Shown in pieces: positions 1 through 12,088 of a stretch of DNA of 64,000 nucleotides (position 1 is its first letter; each line of letters starts with the position of its first letter). The position numbers were made by a program, and so were the translations under genes. The notes under the pieces are model-generated. The model saw only the letters and a list, made by a program, of their open reading frames with translations, ran no database searches and was not told the DNA's origin. The DNA is taken from positions 27,342,001 to 27,406,000 of the forward strand of contig OX597824.1 of NCBI GenBank assembly GCA_951406725.2, in the 5' to 3' direction. The stretch comes from Octopus vulgaris. Its lineage: Eukaryota.

Positions 1-292
1 ATGGTGGTGGTTGTGGTGGGGATAATGATGGTAATAACGATGATGATGATGATGATGATGATAGTAATGGTGAGGATGTTGGTGGTGGTGGTGGGGATGA
101 TGATGGTAATAACGATGTTGATAATGATGATGATGGTGATGATGTTGATGATGATGTTGCGGTTGCTGCTACTGCTGCTGACTATGATGATAATCATGAT
201 ATTCATGGTGATAATGATGGTGATGATGATAATAGGCATATTGCCGGTGGTGTTGTTGATGATGATGGTGCTGTCGGTGCTGGTGGTGGTGG

Positions 293-323
<31 letters not shown>

Positions 324-655
324 GACGACGATGGTGATATAATGATGAAAATGATGATATTGCTGCTATTGATTTTGATTATGATGATGATGATGATTAT
401 ATTGATGATGTTAATGATGGCGATAGTGATGGTGATGACGAAGATGTCGACGCCTACGACGGCGTCGACGACGATGATGCTGACGATGATGTTGACGACG
501 ATGATGATGATGATGATGATGATGATGACGACGGTGGTGGTGGTGGTGGTGATGATGATGTTGACGACGATAATGATGATGATGATGATGATGATGATGA
601 TGGCGACGGCGGTGGCGGCAATAATGCTGATGTTAAAGATGACGTTTGCACCGTG
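1..655. repeat. Degenerate (GAT/GGT/GAC)n trinucleotide array
   Basis: Continuous imperfect GAT-based repeat; it produces the poly-Met/Ile/Ser ORFs in the track. Confidence 0.95.
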
Positions 656-1194
656 GCTGCAGTAGCCGTGACTTCCAGATTTCGCCATTATCATTCGTTT
701 CTTGTCGATTTATATAATAATTATTCAACAGATTTAGTCTTGCAGCTCACTGTTGTAAGTTATTATTGATGCTGTTATTGCTGTTGTTGTTGTTATTGTT
801 GTTGTTGTTGTGTTATTGTTGCTGTTTTGTTGCCGTTGAAGTTCAAATGAAATTCACTGATGGTGCAAGAGAAATTCTTCCAACACTTCAGTTAGATCAC
901 ACGTATCGAAGATTTCTTCTTAAACTAGAAAAAGTAACGATTATCTTGGGAAATTATGCTGCTTAAGTTCTAACGTCTAAGTATGTGGAAAGATAAGAAA
1001 GCAACGGATTTTATAATCCTACACAGTGGATTAAGATAACTTTCATGCGGGATTATCTTGCTATTTCCTTTTACAAACTAACAAAACTTGGAAGATATTG
1101 GAAACTTTAAGCGAGAGATAACTTAAGGAAATGTATATTTATGAATATATTTCATGAACGAAGAACATGTTATATATAGAAATAGTGTGTATAC

Positions 1195-1275
<81 letters not shown>

Positions 1276-1282
1276 CTGCTAT

Positions 1283-1479
1283 GTGAAGGCGCGTGGCTTA
1301 GTGGTTAGCGGCATTCGGCTTGAGGTCGTAAGGTCGTGAGTTCAATTCCCGGCGACGCGTTGTGTCCTTGAGCAAGATACTTTATTTCACGTTGCTCCAG
1401 TTCACTCAGCTGGCAAAAATGAGTAGTACCTGTATTTGAAAGGGCCAGCCGTGCCACAATCTGTGTCACGCTGAATCTC
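1283..1479 (+). mobile_element. tRNA-derived SINE, family 1 (3'-truncated)
   Basis: Head GAAGGCGCGTGGCTTAGTGGTTAG (A box) ... GAGTTCAATTCCC (B box); body similar to 9083-9421. Confidence 0.85.
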
Positions 1480-1687
1480 TTATTTCCAGGCTCAGATGAA
1501 CTCTGATATATGCATCTACACGTCCGTCCATTCATTCCGTCTTACCTTCACCATAAGAACAGTATTGTTTTAGGTATCTTACATATATATATTTATTCTA
1601 CGGTGGTGCTCCAGCATGGCCGCAGACAAAAAATTGAAACAAGTAAAAGAATACACACACACACACATAATATATATATATATATAA

Positions 1688-1978
1688 TCAAAAGGGTAAT
1701 AATATAGATTACTACCAGTGGCCCAGCACAAAGGACGAATTAGTCATTAGACAAAATATTATTCATATAGAAAAATATTATTCATATAGAAATATAATTA
1801 AGGGCTCCTAAATAATGATGCCAAGTGCTAGGGACACAAAAAAGGAATAAATTTATCCGGAGTGAAAATCAAAAACATTTACCAATAACGATACATCCCG
1901 GACTGATCAGTTTCTACCCCTTTCTAGCAAAACAGACAGAATATGTTTGCTAAGGCCGGTTTCATCAGCGAGACGCCT
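1688..1978 (-). mobile_element. PLE-like 3' terminal fragment between (TA)n tracts, carrying a hammerhead
   Basis: Homologous to 38655-38935; (TA)n on both sides; hammerhead motif at 1893-1976. Confidence 0.7.
1893..1976 (-). ncRNA. Type I hammerhead ribozyme motif
   Basis: Minus strand reads GCGTCTCG-CTGATGA-(interrupted stem II ACC..TAGCAAA/TTTGCTA..GGT)-GAA-ACTGATCAGT-C-CGGGATGT. Stem I 8 bp including G-U pairs, palindromic stem III, GUC triplet. Confidence 0.8.
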
Positions 1979-1979
1979 A

Positions 1980-2063
<84 letters not shown>

Positions 2064-2066
<3 letters not shown>

Positions 2067-2200
2067 GACGCGCTTCCATCAGTTTCCGTCTGCGAGATCC
2101 ACGCACAAGTCTTTGGTCGGCCCCAGTCTATAGTAGAAGTCACTTGCCCGAAACCATTTGGTTGTTAAGCAAACTTGTTATCACAGAGCCACTCCTAGGT
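2064..2200 (-). mobile_element. SINE family 2 fragment
   Basis: CAGTTTCCGTCT...CTTTGGTCGGCC...TATAGTAGAAG matches the full copy at 46413-46834. Confidence 0.8.
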
Positions 2201-2594
2201 ACTTCACAGTTACTTTATATATCAACCTCGAAAGGACAAAATTTAAAGAAAATCTGGGTGGCATTTAAATTCAGAGGATAATGAGCCAGAAGGAATGCTA
2301 GTAAAAATAAAAATTAAAACAGAAGTGAAACAATTAGTCCAATGCATTTTCACTTGGTATAATTCTGGTATTTCCGACTAACACTAAGACTCTCCTTCAT
2401 ACTCATTTCCAGGCTCAGATGAACTCTGATATATGCCTGTACACGTCCGTCTATTCATTCCGTCTGACTTTCTCCATAAAAAAAGCATTGTTTTAGGTAT
2501 CTAAACCTTTCTCATACTATTTATCTACTTTTGAATACTGGCTTTGCATAACAAATGCTTTGCCTCATCAGTGGAATATACGTAGTACATAAAT

Positions 2595-2662
<68 letters not shown>

Positions 2663-2780
2663 TAAAAGCAATTCAAATTCAAGTGAGTTCTGTTGAATTC
2701 ACATGAATGCGGTACTTAACTTAGATGCACCAGAAATCTATATGGTATTAACCATAAGATAATGCGGGGTGATTATACAT

Positions 2781-3169
2781 AAGAAAAAAGCAACAAAAAT
2801 GGATCAATATTTCGGTACAATTGTTTCGTACGAAGATCAGCTTTATTAAGGCTGCAAATATTGCAGCAAATGCAAGTGACCCGTACTCATCAACCGAAAA
2901 AACATCTGAGTTCTCCAAACATCTAAGGGGGTGAGACTACCGTACTCATCAACCGAAAAAACATCTGAGTTCTCCAAACATCTAAGGGGGTGAGGCTACA
3001 CTCCTGAGTGTAGTCTCACCCCCTTAGATGTTTGGAGAACTCAGATGTTTTTTCGGTTGATGAGTACGGGTCACTTGCATTTGCTGCAATATTTGCAGCC
3101 TTAATAAAGCTGATCTTCGTACGAAACAATTGTACCGAAATATTGATCCATTTTTGTTGCTTTTTTCTT
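2781..3169. repeat. Near-perfect fold-back palindrome of a hammerhead-bearing element, with an internal 59-bp tandem duplication
   Basis: Arms invert about 3004-3005 (CTACACTC-ct-GAGTGTAG); 2882-2940 is repeated at 2941-2999. Confidence 0.9.
3051..3140 (+). ncRNA. Type I hammerhead ribozyme motif (U3 variant); mirror copy on the minus strand at 2810-2899
   Basis: TTTCGG-TTGATGA-GTACG...CGTAC-GAA-ACAATTGT-A-CCGAAA: 6-bp stem I, G10.1-C11.1 pair, palindromic stem III, GUA triplet. Confidence 0.8.
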
Positions 3170-3374
3170 GTTATATATATTTATATATACATATATAACA
3201 TACGAATACTTACATAAGTTCGATATTTAAATGACGATTTTATTCTCATTTATATAAACAAATATATATAAATAAGGGTAAATAATTATTAATTTTAAAA
3301 AACCAACAATTATTTCCGGGTAGATTTCGGTATGGAAATATAACAATTATCGGTAGGAACTTTTTTTAAAAAAG

Positions 3375-3419
<45 letters not shown>

Positions 3420-3430
3420 TAGATAGATAA

Positions 3431-3557
3431 AGGGACAAGCAACAGGTTGCTTAGCCACATACCGAAAAATTAGAAATAGCAGTCAATAGAAATAAGTTGT
3501 CTTTGACTGGTATTTCTAAGTTTTCGGTATGTGGCTAAGCAACCTGTTGCTTGCCCT
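3431..3557. repeat. Fold-back inverted repeat of a PLE-like terminus
   Basis: CAAGCAACAGGTTGCTTAGCCACATACCGAAAA pairs with TTTTCGGTATGTGGCTAAGCAACCTGTTGCTTG; related to 11526-11600. Confidence 0.8.
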
Positions 3558-3608
3558 CCTTTTACACACACACACACACACAGACGCACACACACAGACA
3601 CACACAGG

Positions 3609-3664
<56 letters not shown>

Positions 3665-4036
3665 CATACGCCTAATTGCTTAAATACTCAGCATATAATT
3701 ACATTAACCAGTCTAATCTTTCGAGCATTTAGACCTAATGCCTAATGCCCAGTAGTCAGCGATCTGTCTATCGGTGTCACTGGCAACGCAATATACATTA
3801 GTCTTGCCTGTGATTAATGAATAGATTGGACTTACGTAGTCACCTGGAGAATAAACTTATCTCAAAGAAATATGCAAACATGCGTCAATGCGTTATCACT
3901 CACGGAAATATACGCATATAAATCTATAGATACATATCCTCTTCTCCTTTTCTTCCACTCTCTTTTTTGTACATATATATATATATACACCTACATACGT
4001 AGATACATACATACATAGAAGTTATATAATTCAATG

Positions 4037-4070
<34 letters not shown>

Positions 4071-4369
4071 TGTATGTATGTATGTATGTATGTATGTATA
4101 TATGCATGAATCTATCTATGTGGCTATCTATCAATTTATTAGTGCGTGTGTCTGTCTGCCTGCCTGTGTATCTGTCTGTCTACCTCTCTCATTTCCTCTC
4201 GCTCTTCTCTCTCTTCCTCTCTTTCTTTCTTCCTTTCTTTCCTTCTCTGTCTCTCCCTCTTTCTCTGTGTGTGCATATATATGTATACATACACACATAC
4301 ATACTTACATACATACGTAAATACATACATACATACATACATACATACATACATACATGCAGACATACA

Positions 4370-4499
<130 letters not shown>

Positions 4500-4595
4500 T
4501 AATCCAAACTTGAACAAAGAGAAAACACAGCAACGCGAGGACGTGGAACAAGTATAGTGTTATTGGACGGTCAGGAAAGGAAAGAAAGAAAGAGG

Positions 4596-4630
4596 ATTTA
4601 ACGTTTCGAGCGGAGCTCTTCGTTAGAATC
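4596..4630 (-). ncRNA. Minimal hammerhead motif, core mutated (CUAACGA)
   Basis: GATT-CTAACGA-A-GAGC-TCC-GCTC-GAAACGTT-AAAT; lies in element ~4495-4650 abutting (TA)n, same family as 12363-12575. Confidence 0.6.
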
Positions 4631-4767
4631 ACAGAAAAAGGAAAGGTCCTGTAATCGAGCTTCAAACGTTCAATATTTCCTGTCGAAAGACGTGACTTCC
4701 AAGTAGCAAAAAGGTAAGCAAGCTTCTTACCACACAGCCACTCCTGCGCCTATATTAATTATAATTT

Positions 4768-5116
4768 ACCAATTAAACAAACGCATTGTATATTTGGTCT
4801 TCCCTTCAGTGTTATTATCATTATTTTTTTAGTTTCTTCGTTAAAGCTCTTTCGTCATACATTCTGTGACCTCATCAGCAGCTCTCTATCACACGTGTCT
4901 TCTTGATTTGCTTACAAACAGACAGACAGACAGACAGACTGGTAAGTGAATAGGTAGACAAAATGGAATAAGCAGAAAAAGAGGAGACACGTGAGACAGA
5001 GAGTCGCTGATGAGGTCACAGGATGTGTGATTTAAGAACTTTGACAAAGGAACTAAAATAATAATAATAATAAGGCTGAAGTGAAGACCAAGTATAGAGC
5101 GCGTGTGTTTAATTGG
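4768..5116. repeat. Diverged inverted repeat, each arm carrying a hammerhead motif (4840-4882 minus, 5003-5045 plus)
   Basis: Arms ~4768-4915 and ~4968-5116. Minus arm CTGATGA-G-GTCA..TGAC-GAAA-GAGC-TT; plus arm GTCG-CTGATGA-G-GTCACA..TGTGAT with GAAA lost. Confidence 0.75.
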
Positions 5117-5729
5117 AGAAATATGACTATCTCCAAGTAAAACAATATCTATTTAAACACACAATTTCACATCAGGAATATTGAAAAAACAAATACATAA
5201 ACGTATGACTGTAATTAGTAAATCTAGAGAATTTAGCTTTAAAATCACGATATCCCCCTATCTAAAATTACTGTTTTTCGTTTTTTTTTTACTGCATTAA
5301 TTTGAAATTTAGACACGAGAAGGTTCACCTCTATCATAGACCAAATAAGAAAACGGTTTACATCAACAAAAGGTTCATATTTCCCGTGTGATATAATCAA
5401 ACATACAGCAGATAATGTAAGCTAGTGTCTTACAAGCTCATTATCAGACAGGCATTGTTGTAGAAGCTGCTCCTCATTATAATAGTGTACTAAAGAGAAG
5501 CGGTTTTGAGTAAAAAAAAAAAAGATGAGGAATTGAGAAACTAAAAAATATACTAAGACATAGGAGAATCATAAAGGGTGTAGTATTTTAACATATATAC
5601 ATGCCTATACACACACACAAATGAAAACAAAGAAAAAGAACACATATATTCATATATACGCTTACGTACGCATACCATCATCATCATCATCATCCTCATC
5701 ATCATTTTCTTCTTTTTCTTCAATTTCGT

Positions 5730-5776
<47 letters not shown>

Positions 5777-5889
5777 GCTGCTGCTACTACTACTACTACT
5801 ACTACTACTACTTAATCTCTATATCACGTAAAACCCAATTCAACTAACTTACACAAGATGTGTACAATGACAAACACACACACACACAT

Positions 5890-5920
<31 letters not shown>

Positions 5921-6021
5921 CAGGTAGATTGATAGATAGACATTGAGAGGGACAGAAACAGAAGAAACAGAAAGAGAGGGAGAGAAAGAAGGTGTTAGTT
6001 GGGTGGGGAAAATAAGGCGTT

Positions 6022-6104
<83 letters not shown>

Positions 6105-6106
<2 letters not shown>

Positions 6107-6267
6107 GGCGTGGCTGTGTGGTAAGTAGCTTGTTTTACAATCACATAGTTTTGAGTTCATTCCCACGGCGTGGCACCTTGCACAAGCGTTTTCTACTACA
6201 GCCTTAGACCGGCCGACTAAAACCTTGTGAGTGAATTTGGTAGACGGAAACTGAAAGAAGCCCGTCG

Positions 6268-6270
<3 letters not shown>
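6105..6270 (+). mobile_element. SINE family 2, 5' half
   Basis: GGCGTGGCTGTGTGGTAAG...GAGTTCATTCCC...GGAAACTGAAAGAAGCCCGTCG. Confidence 0.85.
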
Positions 6271-6298
<28 letters not shown>

Positions 6299-6395
6299 TT
6301 GTGTGTGCGCGTTGACAAACTAACGGACAGACAAATAGAGAAGCAGAGAGACTGAGAGATAGATGAATAGATAGATAAATAGATCGATAGATATG

Positions 6396-6476
<81 letters not shown>

Positions 6477-6620
6477 GGATGGATTGGTAGTGGTTTAAGA
6501 TCCAGGTGAAAACTGAAAATGTATGATAGAAAAGGGTGGGGTAAATGAGGGATAAAATAAAATAAATGATAACTGTTTCACATTTACAAATATGATTCTA
6601 TCAGAGAGGACAGAGTGAGT

Positions 6621-6700
<80 letters not shown>

Positions 6701-7475
6701 CAGAAGAAGAGAGACAGAGAGGCAGAGAAGTGGGAGTGAAAGAGGTATTGATGTCCATTACGTATATATTGTATATATCGTATATATATATTGATGCCCA
6801 TACGTATATATCGATGTTTGTATAAATGTGATTAAGGAATAGAAAAAGATTGTGAACGACCAAGGATGAGGGAGAGATAGAAGGTGAGAAAAAAGGGTCT
6901 GAATGATCCACACACGAGTGAGAGAGAAAGAGAGAGAGAGATAGGAGAGAGAGGGAGGAAGCGATAAAGAGGGAGAATGAGAGACACAAATATAACGATG
7001 TGCATGCATGATTATATTATATCACGACTAGGATTATGTGATTGTTACATGTCTCGTTTGTATGTACCTCTTCCCTAACTGTAATTTAACCTGACAGCGA
7101 GAACAAACCGAAGCGCTACGAGCGACATCTGGCGGTGACATATCCCAGTTAATTATATAGCTATTTGACACATCTGCTAACATCAAACATAACCACTACG
7201 GCAGTCTCAATCTGGTACTGCGTGGTGTGAGCCGCCATCGGAGGTACTGGGTGTGTTTTCTCTGCTAAGACGATGTTATGAGGGTGAAACGGCGGGTGGT
7301 ATAGTGTCATGCTGTAATGTAGTGTAGTGTAGTCGTGTTGCCTTTTATTATTTTTGTCATTAATGATGTCCATGGCTTACTTATTTTTTCTGCTATCCAA
7401 ACTTCCTTTCGTACATTGCACACATATACAGGTTAATGCATATATATATACATACATACATACACACTACACACA

Positions 7476-7547
<72 letters not shown>

Positions 7548-7614
7548 TACACACACATGTTCATCTAGACATGTATAGACAGACAGATACATCTGCATCT
7601 TTCTCCTTCCATCA

Positions 7615-7738
<124 letters not shown>

Positions 7739-7896
7739 GTCCGTCTGTCTCTCTGTCTGTCTGTCAATCAATTTATAAATGTATCTATTTCTCTGTCTAT
7801 GTCTAACTGTCTGTGTGTCTGGCTATCTATCTGTCTGTCCCTATATGTTTGTATGTATGTATGTATGTATATATGTATGTATGTATGTCTGTATTC

Positions 7897-7964
<68 letters not shown>

Positions 7965-8345
7965 GTCCGTCTGTCTCTCTGTCCATTTATCTATCGATGT
8001 ATCTATTTGCCTATGTCTATCTGTCTGTGTGTCTGGCTATCTATCTGTCTGCCCATGCATGTTTGTATGTATGTATGTATCTACCTATATTTATCTATCT
8101 ATCTATCCATCTATCTATCTATTTATCTGTATATATTTGTTTGACTGCGCCGTCTGTGTGTGAATTTACTTTCCTCTTTTTTACGACTTTCAACCTCTTA
8201 ACATCTTTATGGATTCATCACGCACCTTATTATTCGCCCTCCCACTCTCTCTCTCACTCCCTAAACACTCTCTAACTTTCTCTCCGCATTTTCCTCCCCC
8301 TCTCTAACTATCTGGCTGTCATAACTTATGTATAGGTTCAATGCA

Positions 8346-8393
<48 letters not shown>

Positions 8394-8983
8394 TGTCTCA
8401 CTCTCGCGTTCTTTCCCTCTTTCATTAACATTTCTACGGATTCGTAGCGCACACTGAAACCACGGTTCCTCCCTCCATTTCACACATACACATATGCAGC
8501 ACATACGCACACATATGTACATACTCAATCTTCTTTCTCCTCCTCTGTGACTTTTCCTCTCACCATTCCCCTCGTTCTGCTCCTCGTTTCAGTTGTCTCC
8601 CTATCTGTGTTCGGCATAAAATCTTCATAACTTCTCTCTTTCTCTCTTCCTCTCTCCGCCTCTCTCTCTCTATACTACTCTCTCTTTCTGTCTCTCCCTC
8701 TCTCTATCTCTCTCTCCCTGTCTGTGCCATTTTCTTTCTCTGTGTTTCTCGTCCTTCCTCTCATTCACTTGTATTTCTATCTCAGTATCCCTGTCACCAC
8801 AACTTGTTTATACACTATACAGGTGTGACTATGGTAAGAAACTTTGATCTCAACCACATGGTTCTGGGTGAGTCCCATCATGTGGCACCTTAGGCAAATG
8901 TCTTCTAACGTAGCCATGGGCCAACCAAAGCCTTGTGAGTATATTTGATAAATGGAAATGGAAATAAGCCCGTCACGTGTGTA

Positions 8984-10070
8984 CATGGTGCGGTGAATAA
9001 ACTGCCGTCTAAATTAAGCAAAAATTAAAATAACACTGACATCTCAATTTAACAGATATATTTGCCAAAATTACATAAAGATGTGAAGGCGCATGGCTCA
9101 GTGGTTAGAGCGTCGAGCTTACAATCGTGAGGTTGTGAGCTCGAATCCCGGACCGGGCTGCGTGTTGTGTTCTTGAGCAAGACACTTTATTTCACGTTGC
9201 TCCAGTTCACTCAGCTGTAGAAATGAGTTGCGACGTCACAGGTGCCAAGCTGTATCGACCTTTGTTTTTCCCTTGGATAACACTGGTGGCGTGGAGAGGG
9301 GGGCTGGTATGCATGGGCGACTGCTAGTCTTCCATAAACAACCTTGCCCGGACTTGTGTCTAGGAGGGTAACTTTCTAGGTGCAATCCCATGGTCATTCA
9401 TGATCGAAGGGGGTCTTTACCTTACATAAAGATATCTTGAAATACTAAAGAGTAAATTTATTCAATAAAATCGCCACTGGTTTCAGCCACGGCCTCTAGA
9501 CAACTCCGGAATCTCCTGCGACTCTTCTGGATTGTCTCCTTATTTAAGTTGGTGAATGATGCCATAGTCCTTGCCTTCAGTTCATTTTGGTGTTACAATA
9601 AGTTTTGTTAGTCTGTCGCTCAACTGCGACCCACGCATGACAATGAAGGGGGTTATAGTCTGGGGAGATAGGGGTGATGTGGTCGCAGAAATTGTCTGAC
9701 GGCCATGACTGGGTTTTTCTGCTTGTGTGGCATGTGTGTAGAGTCCTGTTGCCAGACATAGGATCTTCCAGCAGCCACCCTCTTGACCCAGTGCAGCACT
9801 ACCTCGCCCAGGCACTTGATATACGCCTCCGTGTTGAGTCTGAGGCTGTGTGCGAAGATCAATGGAGGCATAATGTCGCCATCACTAGCGATCACTCCAA
9901 ACACCATGATGTTGAATGGATGTTTGATTTTCATCACTCTCGCTACATGTCCTCAAATTGCACTGTCCTCAGATTGACACACACACACACACACTGAAAC
10001 GTTCGTTTTGGAGCTGAAATGTTCGTATTGGGTAAATATAAAATGGTGAAAATTTATGCGTCGCACCCTA
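8984..10070 (-). mobile_element. Decayed Tc1/mariner-superfamily (DD37D/maT-like) DNA transposon, internally deleted
   Basis: Minus-strand peptides MVFGVIASDG..PPLIF..LNTEAYIKCL..YVWQQD and ISPDYNPL. Imperfect TIRs CATGGTGCG / CGCACCCTA flanked by TA. Confidence 0.8.
9083..9421 (+). mobile_element. Full-length tRNA-derived SINE (family 1) inserted into the transposon
   Basis: A box TGGCTCAGTGG, B-box-like GCTCGAATCCC; 12-bp TSD TTACATAAAGAT at 9071-9082 and 9422-9433. Confidence 0.9.
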
Positions 10071-10609
10071 TACGTGTGTGCGTGTGAGTACGCGCATGTG
10101 TTTTTGTTTCTGTATCTGTCACTCAATGCCGCTTTTCAACCGAAGCAGCAGTTGCTACGTATCTGTAATGTAGCGATTCGGCAAATGTGGTCGACAGAGT
10201 AAGTAAACAGCTTAAGAAAAATAGGTACTGAAGTGAATTCGTTCAACTTAAGATTTTGAAGTTGGTGCCTCAGCACATAAATTTATATGTGTGTGTGTTT
10301 ATGTGAAGATATACATAAATCTAAACATAAAATGGTATGTGGATACATATGTGCGTATATATATATTACAGAGATGTACTTGCATAGCAAGTGACCTGAT
10401 CTGAGATAGTGTGCTTGTCAACCAATGCTGGTGTGTTTAAGTCTCCGTAACTTAGCGGTTCGGCAAAAGCAACCGATAAAAGAAGTACAAGGCTCACAAA
10501 GAATAAGTCATCGGATCGATTTGCTCGACTAAAGGTGGTGCTTCAGTATGGCCGCTGTCAAGTGAGTGAAACAAGTAAAAGAATAACAGAATAAAGAATA
10601 TATATATAT

Positions 10610-10894
10610 GTATCACCATCACGTGACCGACCAGTCCATCAGATGTAGTTACACATCGCTGGTCACAATGCGTTCGTATTGTTTTAGCCTTCGAATGACG
10701 CCACTTCGCTGGCTAAGCGAGCAGGCCAACAGAAGAAAGAGTGGGAGAAAAAGTGGTGAAAGAGTACAGCAGGGATCACCACCCCCTGCCGGAGCCTCGT
10801 GGAGCTTTTAGGTGTTTTCGCTCAATAAACACTCACAACGCCCGGTCTGGGAATCGAAACCGCGATCCTACGACCGCGAGTCCGCTGCCCTAAC

Positions 10895-10898
<4 letters not shown>
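10610..10898 (-). mobile_element. tRNA-derived SINE (family 1 variant)
   Basis: Reverse complement matches the head of 54174-54554 (AGTGGTTAGGGCAGCGGACTCGCGGTC..GGTTTCGATTCCCAGACCGGGCG). Confidence 0.85.
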
Positions 10899-10943
<45 letters not shown>

Positions 10944-11126
10944 TATGTGTAGATGATAGCAAAAAGCTCAGTACCTCTACTACAGAAAATTAAAAAGAAA
11001 ATCACTCAGCATTCAACGACAATGTACCACATGGAGAATCCACAACTGTCTCATCGCTCAGTGGTAAGCGCCTGAACGATCACACAGATGTTGACATATC
11101 TATGTATACATATGCATATATATTAA

Positions 11127-11479
11127 ATATACAAAAGAGTGAAAGGGGTACAGCGAACTTGCCATGAGGTGTTTAATATCCACCGTTTTAGACTGAATCC
11201 TTCGTCAGAGGGCACAGATAAATAGAAGAAAAAGAGAAAAAAGTCAAAAACAGAGTTTACACTCAGCTTGAAAAACTCAGTTTTTCAAGCTGAGAGGATT
11301 TAAACTTTGAATTTTTTTTCTCCTTTTCTTCTCTTTTTCTCTAACTCCTGACGAAGGATTGAATCCGAAACGTTGAATATTCCACTCCTAGCGGCAAGTT
11401 CACTGTACCCCTTTCACTTTTTCCATACCTTTTCAATTCTTGCCGGCGCAGTGTTATCAGATTATTGCCTGATTGTTAT

Positions 11480-11482
<3 letters not shown>
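11127..11482. repeat. Fold-back PLE-like insert with hammerhead motifs in both arms
   Basis: Perfect centre CTCAGCTTGAAAAACT-c-AGTTTTTCAAGCTGAG (11262-11294); outer arms GAAAGGGGTACAG/CTGTACCCCTTTC; right arm runs to (TA)n. Confidence 0.8.
11345..11377 (+). ncRNA. Minimal hammerhead motif
   Basis: CTC-CTGACGA-A-GGAT-TGA-ATCC-GAAACGTT-GAA; intact core, weak stem I. Confidence 0.65.
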
Positions 11483-11521
<39 letters not shown>

Positions 11522-11892
11522 TAATGAAGGGTTAATTGCAACAAGTTGCTCAAAACCACATACCGAAAATATTAGAAATAACAGCCAAATTGATCACTAT
11601 TTCTACTACTAATAAAAAGTCTCCACAAACAAACAGAATTTGTAACCTGTATATGGCAAAAAAGAAAGAAAATAACGAAATCCCAGCCTATGGATTAATT
11701 ATAGACGAATCGTTTCTGGATTAGAAGCGAAGGCTCATTTCCTTGTCGATATAATATTTCCTATAAATCTAGAAATGCTAGGGGAAAAAACCCACCCGCT
11801 ACACCAGCTCGACCAGCGACATCGAACGATCTAACGGATTGCTACCATCCCTACATTTATACAGACATGAATAATTATATTCCACCCTTTTT

Positions 11893-11953
<61 letters not shown>

Positions 11954-12050
11954 CGGCAAGCTTTATGAAAATAGACAAAAGACGAAGGCAGGTGGAAAAC
12001 AAACGAACAATTGTATTAGTATGGCGCTCAGGAAATATAAATAAAACAAG

Positions 12051-12088
12051 TCTTTAACGTTTCGAGCCTACGCTCTTCAACAGAAAGA
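12051..12088 (-). ncRNA. Minimal hammerhead motif (core CUGUUGA)
   Basis: TCTTT-CTGTTGA-A-GAGC-GTAG-GCTC-GAAACGTT-AAAGA; 5-bp stem I; ~100 nt from the (TA)n tract ending at 11952. Confidence 0.7.

Noticed and set aside
1-694. Poly-Met/Ile/Ser ORFs
   Set aside because: Translations of (GAT)n repeats in several frames; no complex coding sequence.
835-966. Possible exon VQMKFTDGAREILPTLQLDHTYRRFLLKLEK|gtaacg
   Set aside because: Weak acceptor and no recognisable homology; cannot be supported without transcripts.
9083-9160. tRNA genes at SINE heads (also 1283, 54174, 58800)
   Set aside because: A/B boxes are present, but they continue into SINE bodies, some with TSDs, and lack a proper acceptor stem.
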